This document shows, piece by piece, positions 37,551 to 46,643 of a DNA stretch of 64,000 nucleotides. The first letter of the stretch is position 1. Each line of letters opens with the position of its first letter. The position numbers and the translations under genes were made by a program. Origin of the DNA: Acidimicrobiales bacterium (GTDB lineage: Bacteria; Actinomycetota; Acidimicrobiia; Acidimicrobiales; SZUA-35). The stretch spans positions 1,559 through 65,558 of the forward strand of contig JBLINY010000012.1 in the NCBI GenBank assembly GCA_047638695.1, in the 5' to 3' direction. Under the pieces are notes generated by a model. That model made no database searches. It worked only from the letters and a program-made list of their open reading frames with translations, and was not told the DNA's origin.

Positions 37551-38128
37551 TGCTTGATCGACGAAAAGTCACTGCTGCGTTGTTGGCTGATCGGGGTGAC
37601 CTGCTCGTGATCGCCGGCTTGGGTGCTCCTAACTGGGATGTCACTGCTGTTGGTGACAACGACCTGAACTTCCCGCTGTGGGGAGCCATGGGTGGCGCCG
37701 CCATGACCGGCCTTGGGGTGGCTCTGGCCCAACCCGACCGTCGGGTTCTGGTGATCACCGGTGACGGCGAGGCCCTGATGGGGCTGACGGCGCTGTCGAC
37801 GATCGGCGCCAACGCCCCTGGCAACCTCGCTATTGCCGTGCTTGACAACGAGCGCTACGGCGAGACCGGCATGCAGGTCACCAATACCTCCACCGTCGAC
37901 TCACCGGGTACTGACTTGGCTGCCGTTGCGCTGGCCTGCGGCTTTGTCGCCGCAGTCACCGCGAGCGCCGATGCCGACATGGGCGGCGCGGTGGAACTCA
38001 TGCGCTCGACCCCCGGTCCGACGATGGCTGTCTTCAAGATCAGTGCCGATGTGCCGCCTCAGGTGGTGCCGTCGCGCGACGGGCCCTACCTGGTTCAGCG
38101 CTTCCGCTCCGCCCTCGGCATTTCCTAA
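37550..38128 (+). CDS. ThDP-dependent decarboxylase beta subunit (ComE-like)
   Basis: GAMG, GDGEALM...DNERYGETGMQ ThDP-binding motif. Confidence 0.85.
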   Translation: MLDRRKVTAALLADRGDLLVIAGLGAPNWDVTAVGDNDLNFPLWGAMGGAAMTGLGVALAQPDRRVLVITGDGEALMGLTALSTIGANAPGNLAIAVLDNERYGETGMQVTNTSTVDSPGTDLAAVALACGFVAAVTASADADMGGAVELMRSTPGPTMAVFKISADVPPQVVPSRDGPYLVQRFRSALGIS

Positions 38129-38163
38129 GAACTGTTTCCTAGACCTGAACGAACATCCGAAAA

Positions 38164-38204
38164 TTGTCCTTCTGAAGCACCGTCAGGGTGCTTCAGAAGG
38201 ACAA
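38164..38204. repeat. 41-bp REP-like palindrome, copy 2, between convergent genes
   Basis: TTGTCCTTCTGAAGCACC-GTCAG-GGTGCTTCAGAAGGACAA; 39/41 identical to 14049-14089. Confidence 0.9.
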
Positions 38205-38219
38205 GAAGCTCGGGTGGGG

Positions 38220-38864
38220 TTAGCGGATGGGGTTTTTGTAGGTGTCGAGGTAGGTGATCTCTTCGACGGGGGCTCGAGTGGCTGCCTTGAAGTCGGTACC
38301 GAGGGTGTAGGCCACGGGCAGGAGGCCGGCCTGGCTCATGTGGTCCGGAATGCCCAGGAGCTCGGCTGCCTCAGCCTCTGCTCCGAGGTGCAGGGTGGTG
38401 TAGCAGCTGCCGAGGCCGCGGCTCCGCAGCGCCAGCTGGAAGCTCCACATGGCCGGAATGATCGAGCCGAGAAGGCCGGCGGCCGAGTTGGTTGTGTCGT
38501 CGTCGAGACGGCCGATGATAAGCGGGATGACCATGACAGGGACCTCGCCCAGCTTCTCGGCCAGGAAGTTGGCTGAGTCCATCACCCGGCCGGTCTGGGT
38601 TCCGGCATCGGCTGCCTTGGCTGCGTCAGCCAGGTAGGCGCCACCGATCTTCCGGTAGATCTCGGCCAACGCTTCCTTCTTCTCGGCGTCGCGGACAACC
38701 ATCCAGCGCCAACCTTGACGGTTTGATCCGGTTGGGGCCTGGATCGCAAGCTGCAGACACTCGAGCAGCACGTCGTCCGGTACCTCGCGGTCGAAGTCGA
38801 GACGCTTCCGGACGGCCCGTGTGGTCGAGAGAAGTGCGTCGGTCTGTGCAAGGTCGAATTCCAT
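38220..38864 (-). CDS. Nitroreductase-family protein
   Basis: TTRAVRKRLD, QAPTGSNRQGW, LALRSRGLGS. Confidence 0.9.
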   Translation of the reverse strand: MEFDLAQTDALLSTTRAVRKRLDFDREVPDDVLLECLQLAIQAPTGSNRQGWRWMVVRDAEKKEALAEIYRKIGGAYLADAAKAADAGTQTGRVMDSANFLAEKLGEVPVMVIPLIIGRLDDDTTNSAAGLLGSIIPAMWSFQLALRSRGLGSCYTTLHLGAEAEAAELLGIPDHMSQAGLLPVAYTLGTDFKAATRAPVEEITYLDTYKNPIR

Positions 38865-38890
38865 GGGCCGGATTCTGCCATGCTCAGGTC

Positions 38891-39740
38891 ATGAATGGCA
38901 CCGGGGTTGGTCGCGTCGTCGCGTCTCGCCATGCGGACTTCAACGAGGGTGATGTCGTTCGGGGCATGACCAATTGGCAGAATTATGTGGTGATGGCAGC
39001 CCCAGAACTCCAAAGAGTCGATGGGTCGGGCGACCCGGCGCTGCACCTCGGAGTGCTTGGAACCAACGGACTCACCACCTATTTTGGCCTGACCGACGTT
39101 GGTGATCCGCAGCCGGGGCAGACCGTTGTGGTGTCGGCCGCTGCCGGCTCGGTTGGTCACATCGTGGGTCAGATCGCCAAGGTGAAAGGTGCACGCGTCG
39201 TTGGTATCGCTGGCTCGGACAAGAAGTGTCGGGTGCTTGTTGACGAGCTTGGCTTCGATGCCGCGATCAGTCGCAAGGCAGATGATTTTCGCGATCAGTT
39301 CAAAGCTGCGACTCCCGACCGCATCGACGTCTACTTTGACAACACCGGTGGTGAAATCCTGGGCAGCGCCCTTTTCCGGATGAACACCCACGGTCGCATT
39401 GTTTGCTGCGGTGTCGTGAGCCAATACGACACATCATCGCCGGGGCCGGGGCCGGGGCCGGGACCACGGGGGATTCCCGGGTTGCTTGTCAACAACCGAG
39501 TTCGCATGCAGGGTTTTCTCATCTTTGACTACGCCGACCCGCTTCGAGGCGGCGCGAGCTGAAATGAGTGACTGGATCGACGGCGGCCAGCTTGTTCCTC
39601 GGGTGTCGGAATTCGATGGTCTGGCGTCGGCCAGGCGGGCCTTCGTCGAGCTGCTCGCCGGCGGCACAGTCGGAACCACCATTGTTCGTGTATCGAAAGA
39701 GCCGAAAGAAAATCTGAGGAGAAGTGCAAGATCTCGATGA
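38891..39740 (+). pseudogene. NADP-dependent oxidoreductase (CurA/prostaglandin reductase-like), 5'-truncated and frameshifted
   Basis: Begins mid-domain (MNGTGVGRVVAS); VSAAAGSVG, YFDNTGG, CG.VSQY; extra C at 39538-39540 shifts DYADR-FEAA. Confidence 0.8.
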
Positions 39741-39787
39741 TGTCCGCGTTGTGAGGTGCAAAACCCAACACATCAAGGCGGATCATC

Positions 39788-40381
39788 ATGAACACGAACA
39801 CTTTCCTCAAGAACCCCCTCGCCAAGAACGCTCTCGCCAAGAAGGCTGGCCTCACCCGTGCGGCGGCGGCCGCTCTCGGACTCGGACTCTCTCTCGGCCT
39901 TCTCGCCGGGCCGGCAGCTGCAGCCGATCGAGATGTGGCGACAGAACGGACTGATGAAGTTCATCCGCTCAGCGGACGGGCCGACGACACCCGCAGACTG
40001 GAAGTGCTACATCTGAACTGTTTCGTCGCTGACGGCGATGACGCCATCCGAGCACACATCGGGTGCGAGTGGCGCTCGGCCACGAACGACCGCGCCGCCG
40101 GCTACCAACTGTGGCGGATCCTCGACCGTGGTGAACGCGAGCTCGTCGGTCGGGTCGGCCTCGATGTCACGAGCCTCCGTGACATCGTGCCGGCTGGCAC
40201 CAAAGCCGTTCGTTATGCCGTCGTGGCCGTGAGTGAGAAAGGGAACGTGGTTGGCCAGTCGCGTGTGCAGAAGATCGTGCTGCGCATCGACGACAATGAA
40301 CAGGACGTCCGGCCGACGGAGGTCGACGTTCAGCCGGTCCGAGCAGCGGCAAAGGCTGCTTGGCCGCTCGACGTTCGCTGA
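39788..40381 (+). CDS. Secreted hypothetical protein with an FN3-like beta domain
   Basis: Basic N-terminus, hydrophobic stretch and PAAAA cleavage-like site; W...AGY...YAVVAV..GN..GQS. Confidence 0.65.
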   Translation: MNTNTFLKNPLAKNALAKKAGLTRAAAAALGLGLSLGLLAGPAAAADRDVATERTDEVHPLSGRADDTRRLEVLHLNCFVADGDDAIRAHIGCEWRSATNDRAAGYQLWRILDRGERELVGRVGLDVTSLRDIVPAGTKAVRYAVVAVSEKGNVVGQSRVQKIVLRIDDNEQDVRPTEVDVQPVRAAAKAAWPLDVR

Positions 40382-40424
40382 GCAGCGAGTCTCTGCGTCT
40401 ATTCGGTCATCGCTGCTTCCAACA

Positions 40425-41069
40425 GTGTCCACCCTTGCCCACCGGCTGCCGACAAGGCTCGTGCTCGTGAGTTCACCGCCCGACGCTCGGCTCGACGTCG
40501 ATTCTCTCTCGCTCGTAGCCGAGCGAGAGCTGGTCGACCGGGCGCGGGTGGACCCCGAGGCATTCGGCGAGCTGTACCGGCTGTATGTCGATCGTGTGCA
40601 CCGCTACGCCTGGCGGCGATCGGGCAACACGCAAGTAGCCGAAGACATCACGGCTGCGACGTTCGAAGCCGCTCTTAGCAATCTGCATCGGTTTCGATGG
40701 CGTGCGGAAGGCTTTGCCCCCTGGTTGTTCCGCGTTGCTGCCAATCAAGTGATTGCCCATCACCGCCGGGAGGCCCGACCGACTGGTGATCGCGGCCAAC
40801 TGGCGATGGCCAGACTGCACAATGCTGATGTGGAAGACGATCTGGGTCACCTGCTCGATGACCACGGTGACCTGCGAGTGGCACTAGCCCAGCTCAATCC
40901 TCGGTACCAACGAGCGATCGATCTTCGGTATCTGGCCGATCTTTCGACCGACGAAGCAGCTCGGGCTGCGGGATTGACGAAGCCGGCCTTCTCCGTGCTT
41001 TTGTCGAGAGCTCTGAAGGCTCTGCGCAAAGAACTTCAACGATCCGACCAGGAAGGAGCCCAGCCATGA
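40425..41069 (+). CDS. ECF sigma-70 factor
   Basis: AFGELYRLY, AEDITAATF, WLFRVAAN, region-4 HTH LSRALKALR; start uncertain (40425 or 40467). Confidence 0.9.
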   Translation: MSTLAHRLPTRLVLVSSPPDARLDVDSLSLVAERELVDRARVDPEAFGELYRLYVDRVHRYAWRRSGNTQVAEDITAATFEAALSNLHRFRWRAEGFAPWLFRVAANQVIAHHRREARPTGDRGQLAMARLHNADVEDDLGHLLDDHGDLRVALAQLNPRYQRAIDLRYLADLSTDEAARAAGLTKPAFSVLLSRALKALRKELQRSDQEGAQP

Positions 41070-41941
41070 CCTCCGACGACGATCTGAGGCCGAAGGGCAA
41101 GATGGCTTCGAACCATGGGATCGAACAGCGACTCGAGTCTCTCGGATCGGAGCGAGGGCCGGATGTAGACGGTGCCTTCGCCAATCGACTCGAGGCTGAT
41201 CTGCGTTTGGCCATGGCCGATCGAACGGGATCGACCAGGCGCCCGCTGTGGCAGCCGGTGCTCGCCGGTGCAGCCGCTCTTCTCGCCATTGTGGTTGGTG
41301 TTGCAGTCCTCGCCAACAGTGGGTCGAATGGTGTGGACATCGAGCCCGCAACGAGCGTGCTGAACACTGATGTGGCCACGACGGCGGGCTCCGCTGTTGA
41401 CCCCACCGCTGTTGATTCCGACTCCGATGATGATGGATCGCCCACAACGAGTGGGTCTGGCCCGACCGCTACCGCCGAGCGTGGCTCAGATTCGGGCGAT
41501 GGCCGAAGCGATGGCTCGACGACGAGCCCCGAGACAACGCGTCCAACGGGAGGGGCTGGCAACACCACCGTGCCGGTCGGCCCAACCACCTCGCTGGACC
41601 CAACTTCTGTTCCCGAGAGAACAACGACGACGTCGGCCACGCGATCTACCGACGGCCCAGCAACAACGACGCCGATGTCGATCGGCTTGACCCTCAGCTC
41701 CGCGGGCGACACAACGCTGCGTCTCGATTGGGAGTTGGTCGGCGACGTAGCGCATGCAGGCTGGAGGGTCGAAGCAATCGCGGGCGACAGAACCACCACG
41801 ATTCTGGTGCTGCGCGACGCCGGCGCACGGACGGCAACGATCGAACGTATCGCCGGCCGCGTCGGCTATCGGGTCTCCGCCGTCGACATCGACGGGAACA
41901 AGCTGGGATCCAGCGAGACAGTGACGGCAGCGGAGTCGTAG
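41066..41941 (+). CDS. Putative membrane anti-sigma factor (short cytoplasmic part, TM, S/T/D linker, FN3-like domain)
   Basis: ATGA-coupled to the sigma factor; single TM VLAGAAALLAIVVGVAVL. Confidence 0.65.
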   Translation: MTSDDDLRPKGKMASNHGIEQRLESLGSERGPDVDGAFANRLEADLRLAMADRTGSTRRPLWQPVLAGAAALLAIVVGVAVLANSGSNGVDIEPATSVLNTDVATTAGSAVDPTAVDSDSDDDGSPTTSGSGPTATAERGSDSGDGRSDGSTTSPETTRPTGGAGNTTVPVGPTTSLDPTSVPERTTTTSATRSTDGPATTTPMSIGLTLSSAGDTTLRLDWELVGDVAHAGWRVEAIAGDRTTTILVLRDAGARTATIERIAGRVGYRVSAVDIDGNKLGSSETVTAAES

Positions 41942-41950
41942 TGTCGGGAC

Positions 41951-42163
41951 ATGGCCAACATCACTGACGATGAAGCCCTGGCTACGGTCGGGGTGCTCCT
42001 ACGAGCGGCGGGGCTTGACGTCCCCGAGGAAGAGGTACAGCGACTTGCTGGTCTGTACCCCGGTCTTCGACGCTCAGCCGATCGCTTCCACCAGGTCGAG
42101 GTCGGCGATGAGGTGCCGTCAGCGATCTTCCGAGCCGGCGATGTGAATCGAGAGAACCGATGA
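41951..42163 (+). CDS. Small amidase partner protein (GatC/AtzG-like)
   Basis: 70 aa helical, ends EVPSAIFRA, ATGA-coupled to the amidase. Confidence 0.55.
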   Translation: MANITDDEALATVGVLLRAAGLDVPEEEVQRLAGLYPGLRRSADRFHQVEVGDEVPSAIFRAGDVNRENR

Positions 42164-43557
42164 GTAATCCCTGGACCATAGAGACAGCAGCGAGTGCGCT
42201 GCGAGCTGGTGAGACGACGTCGGTTGCACTAGTTGAGCAGGCTCAGACTGCAGCCGATCAGCTCGACCCCCAGATGGGCACCTGGATCGACCGTTACAAC
42301 GAACAGGCGCTGGCTCGTGCCGATGAAGCCGATGCCGAACTGGCGGCAGGCAACGACCGGGGCCCCCTTCATGGCATTCCTTTGGGAATCAAAGACATCA
42401 TCAGCACCGACGAGGGTCCGACGACGGCGCAGAGTCTGACGTTGCCCGCGTCGTGGGGAGAGGCCGGCGATGGTCCGTTGATGACCCGTCTTCGCGACGC
42501 TGGCGCTGTGGTGATGGGCAAGACAACCACGATGGAGTACGCCATCGGGCGCCCTGATTTTTCGAAGCCGTTCCCGGTTCCTCGTAACCCGTGGAACCTC
42601 GAGCGGTGGACCGGCGGATCGAGTTCGGGCACCGGTAATGGGGTGGCGTCGGGCCAGATTCTGGGCGGGCTCGGCACCGACACCGGAGGCAGCGTTCGTC
42701 TCCCGGCTGCCTACAACGGCATTAGTGGCCACAAGCCAACCTTTGGTCTCGTTCCAAAGTCGGGCTGTGTACCGCTTGGCATGAGCTACGACCACATTGG
42801 CCCGATGGCCCGGTCGGCCTGGGATTGTGCGGCCATGCTCACCGTGATGGCCGGAGCTGATCCCAGCGACCGAACCACCGTCGATCGAGCCCCTGTCGAC
42901 TACGTTTCGTCGCTCGACCGAACACTCGACGGGTTGAAGATTGGTGTGATCTCCAACGAGCGAATGGTAAGCGGCAGCTCCGAACCGACGATGGCGGTGT
43001 TCGATGAAGCCGTCGGTGTCTTGACCGAGGCCGGAGCCACCGCGCATCCCTTCGAGGTCCCGCTGTACGACGAGATCTGCGCCGGCGCCTTCCTGGCCCT
43101 CGAAGCCGAAGCGTTCGCCTGGCACCGCAAACTCCTGGCTGAACGCTGGGATGACTACGGGCGCCCGACTCGACTCACCATTGTGCAGGGAGCGTTGATC
43201 AGCGCCAGTGATCTGGTGCAGATCGAGCGGGTTCGCCAGATCGCTCGGCGACAGATTGTCGAGAAGATGGATGCCGAGGGCATCGACGTGCTCGTCAGCC
43301 CGACGACGGGGTACGCGGCCACCCCGTTCAGTGGCGCCGACCCCAAGGCCATCTCGAACCGAGCCCTTCACACGTCGGCTTGGAACAGCACGGGCGCTCC
43401 GGCCTTCTCGGTGCCGATGGGCCTCGATCCCGATTCGCTACCTCTCGGTCTTCAGATCGTCGGGAGACCCTTCGCCGACGATCTGGTGCTGGCCATCGGC
43501 CACGCGTACCAACAGCGCACCGACTGGCATCTCCGCAAGGCACCACTGCATGGGTGA
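42160..43557 (+). CDS. Amidase (amidase-signature/GatA family)
   Basis: GPLHGIPLGIKD, GGSSSG, GTDTGGSVRLPA. Confidence 0.93.
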   Translation: MSNPWTIETAASALRAGETTSVALVEQAQTAADQLDPQMGTWIDRYNEQALARADEADAELAAGNDRGPLHGIPLGIKDIISTDEGPTTAQSLTLPASWGEAGDGPLMTRLRDAGAVVMGKTTTMEYAIGRPDFSKPFPVPRNPWNLERWTGGSSSGTGNGVASGQILGGLGTDTGGSVRLPAAYNGISGHKPTFGLVPKSGCVPLGMSYDHIGPMARSAWDCAAMLTVMAGADPSDRTTVDRAPVDYVSSLDRTLDGLKIGVISNERMVSGSSEPTMAVFDEAVGVLTEAGATAHPFEVPLYDEICAGAFLALEAEAFAWHRKLLAERWDDYGRPTRLTIVQGALISASDLVQIERVRQIARRQIVEKMDAEGIDVLVSPTTGYAATPFSGADPKAISNRALHTSAWNSTGAPAFSVPMGLDPDSLPLGLQIVGRPFADDLVLAIGHAYQQRTDWHLRKAPLHG

Positions 43558-44387
43558 GGGCAATCGGCCCTCATCCGGCACGGTCGCCGAGCACTACGAG
43601 CGCAACGACAGCATCGTCGAGGCCATCGTGGCCGCGATTGAGGGTAGCGGTCTTGATGCCACCGATGCGGCCAATTTTGCCGGAGCCGAGGAGTTCCACC
43701 TCGGGGGCCGGTCGACAGCCGACGCCCTCATCGCCGACCTCGCGCTCGATGCAGCAGGCGTTCACCTTGATGTTGGATGTGGCATCGGTGGCACTGCTCG
43801 CCGTATCGCCGTATCGCCGTATCGCCGCCTCGGTGGGATGTCGGGTCGTCGGTGTGGATCTCACGCCTCGGTTCGTCGAGGCCGCTCGTCAGCTGAGCGA
43901 TCGTGTTGGTCTCGGCGCCCTCACCGACTTTCGAGTCGCTGACGCAGCGAAGCTTGCTATGCCCGCCGACACGTTCGCGTCGGCATCGCTTCTGCACGTC
44001 GGCATGAACGTTGCCGACAAGCCGGCTTTGGTGGCTGGCGTGGCCCGAGCTCTGGCCCCGGGCGGCCGGTTCGCCATCTTTGATGTGATGCGAGTGAGCG
44101 ACGGAGTCCTCTCCTATCCCATGCACTGGGCGACAGACCCGGCAAATAGTCATGTCGAGTCTCCCGAGAACTATCAGCACCACCTAACCCAGGGCGGCTT
44201 TACGGTTGAATCGGTTGTTGACCGCACCGAGATGGCAATGACCGCGGCTGCCGCCGAGAATCCTCCGCCGGTACATCTCGGCCATCTGATGGGCCGGGAC
44301 TTCGGTTCGATGATCGCCAACCTCTTGCCCGCGGTGAAGGCGGGCACGCTGGCACCGATTCAGATTGTCGCTCGTCGCAACGACTAG
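43550..44387 (+). pseudogene. Class I SAM methyltransferase frameshifted by an 8-bp repeat expansion
   Basis: EEFHLGG, LDVGCGIGG in one frame; VVGVDLTP, HVGMN, PGGRF in another; (CGCCGTAT)x3 at 43799-43822; removing 16 bp restores 274 codons. Confidence 0.88.
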
Positions 44388-44406
44388 GCCACCCGGACAG
44401 GAAGGA

Positions 44407-44781
44407 CTAGGCAGTGAGCGGGGAACCATCGGCTCGTTCGTTGAAGGCGAAGTCTTCGACTGGCTTACGGCTGAGCTTCGTGAGCTGCTTCGGAGGTTTG
44501 CCTAGCGTCAGCATGGCGCACACCGCCTCGTGCGATTCGAGTCGGAGGAACTGCTGCACCTCTGGCTCGGCCGAGCTGAGCATGGTGGTGAGGGCGCCGC
44601 CGTAGCCGGCGTTTCGAGCTCCAAGCAGAATGTTGTGGCAGAAAGGATAGATCGATGCGCCGCCGCCGCTCGGCGCAAACCGAGCGTTGTCGAGGATGTC
44701 GTACAGAACCGCGTTTGGCAGATCGTCGTCGGTGAACTCGTGAGCCGCGAACGTGGTTCGCATGACATCATTCAGTTCCAT
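44407..44781 (-). pseudogene. Nitroreductase with an in-frame internal deletion
   Basis: ARFAPSGG fused directly to GASIYP..NILLGAR; only 124 aa, central region missing. Confidence 0.75.
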
Positions 44782-44838
44782 CTTGCTGACCTGTCGCTAG
44801 CTGACCCGATCGAGCCGAGGCCCGATCGGGCCGACCAT

Positions 44839-46554
44839 TTAATTGATTCCCGTACCCTTGGTGTCGGTACCTGAGCGAAGAACATTGCCGGGACGGTTCT
44901 CGGTGAACTCGTCGTTGTGCACGATCTCTTCGCCGTTGCAGAACACGTGGTTGTAACCGTCGGCGCCGCCGTAGAGGCGCCAGGCCCCACCCGGAAGGTC
45001 GTAGCGGGCCTCGATCTTCCGCAGCGCAATCTCGTCGGGGTCAATAACGTTGACGTCGGCGTGGAAGCCCTCGGTGAGCTGGCCCCGACTCTGAATGCCG
45101 TACATCTGGGCCGGGGCATCGGTGATGTAGTGCACTGCCTGTTCCCAGCTCACGAGGTCACGGTCTTTCACCGCTGACTGCAGCATCGACGTGGTGGCGT
45201 TGAAGGTGGTGAGGAGATCGAGGTGGGCGCCGGCATCGGTCCCGCCAACCATGGTGCGTTCATCGGCCCAGATCTCGGTGCGGAGCTTCCAGGTCTCGTC
45301 GTCGTCGCCCCGGACCGGTGAGTACAGGCCGGTCTGGAGCTTGTCTTCGACCACGATGTCGCACAGCACATCGAAGGCGGCTCGGCCTTCTTCTTCGGCG
45401 ATCTCGCCGATCGTGCGTCCGATGTACTGCTGGTTCTCCTCGCTGAACGACTCGCCGACCGTAAGCACATCCCACTTGGCCACGCCGCGCAGCGGGCTCG
45501 GACCTTGTGCCAGTTCGGCTAGCTCGCGGCGTTTGTCGGGATCGGCCAGCATCTCGAGCTTCTCATCGGCCGGCAGGGCCATTGGCTCGCGCCATCCGTT
45601 TAGGGCATCCAGGACGAAGCCATTTTCGAACGACAGGCGTGCAGTGACAGGACACGGCACGGTGAGGGCGATGACCTCGCCGCCGTTCGCCTTGGCATAG
45701 TCGCTTGCGCCGAGGTTGTTCTCCATTACGTCGAGTTGCTTCGGCGAGGTGCTTGCCGCGATCAGGTTCCAGTTGAGCGGGCGGTTGGCAGCGGCCGACA
45801 TCTTGGCGATCAGTTGGATCCGATCTTCGGAGAAGCGGCCAACGGCGGGAATGAACTCGAGCGACGTGCCGTCGTAGTCGGCGCACACACCGGCAAGCTC
45901 GATGAGCTCGTCGGTTGTGCAGTGACGGCTGGGCACGGGCTGGCCGTTAGGGTCGTTGTGGGTGGTGGCCCACGATGAAGAGAAGCCAATGCCGCCTTCC
46001 TCGATCGAGGAACGCAGCAGCTGCTTCATTGCCTCGAGCTCTTCCGGCGTTGACTCTTGGCCAACCGAGCGCTCGCCCATCACGAGGCGGCGGATGGCGC
46101 TATGGCCCACCATGAACCCGGTGTTGATGGCGAGGGTGCCATCGAGCTGGTCCAGCCATTGGCCGAAGCTGGCCCAGTTCCAGGGCACGCCCTGTTGTAG
46201 CGACTCGAGGGGCATGCCCTCGACCCGGCTGAGCATGCGCATGAGGTAATCGCCGTGCTCGGGTGCCATAGGGGCGATGGTGAAGCCGCAGTTGCCACCG
46301 ATGATGGTGGTGATGCCGTGCAACGGCGAGGGGCTGAGGGTCGTGTCCCAATGCGCCTGGGCGTCGTAGTGGGTGTGAACGTCGATGAACCCGGGGGTAA
46401 CCATTTTTCCGGTGGCATCGATGGTTCTGGCCGCGTCGGTGTCGATCGAGCCGATGGTGGCGATTTTGCCGTCCTTGATGCCTACGTCAGTTTGTTGACG
46501 TGGACCTCCGGTGCCATCGATGACCGTGCCGTTCTTGATCACTACGTCGTACAT
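44839..46554 (-). CDS. N-acyl-D-amino-acid deacylase family amidohydrolase
   Basis: PGFIDVHTHYDAQ, GNCGF, DAGAH. Confidence 0.92.
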   Translation of the reverse strand: MYDVVIKNGTVIDGTGGPRQQTDVGIKDGKIATIGSIDTDAARTIDATGKMVTPGFIDVHTHYDAQAHWDTTLSPSPLHGITTIIGGNCGFTIAPMAPEHGDYLMRMLSRVEGMPLESLQQGVPWNWASFGQWLDQLDGTLAINTGFMVGHSAIRRLVMGERSVGQESTPEELEAMKQLLRSSIEEGGIGFSSSWATTHNDPNGQPVPSRHCTTDELIELAGVCADYDGTSLEFIPAVGRFSEDRIQLIAKMSAAANRPLNWNLIAASTSPKQLDVMENNLGASDYAKANGGEVIALTVPCPVTARLSFENGFVLDALNGWREPMALPADEKLEMLADPDKRRELAELAQGPSPLRGVAKWDVLTVGESFSEENQQYIGRTIGEIAEEEGRAAFDVLCDIVVEDKLQTGLYSPVRGDDDETWKLRTEIWADERTMVGGTDAGAHLDLLTTFNATTSMLQSAVKDRDLVSWEQAVHYITDAPAQMYGIQSRGQLTEGFHADVNVIDPDEIALRKIEARYDLPGGAWRLYGGADGYNHVFCNGEEIVHNDEFTENRPGNVLRSGTDTKGTGIN

Positions 46555-46643
46555 GTGAGATCCCCTTGGTCGGTGCCCCGAGTCTAGATCCCGCTCGCGG
46601 CTGGCAACGAAATTCGATTAGCCGGCGCGGTACGGTCGGGGCG

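Noticed and set aside
39810-39845. 15-bp repeat (CTCGCCAAGAA) in the secreted protein's N-terminus
   Set aside because: Short in-frame duplication in the signal peptide n-region with no evident significance.
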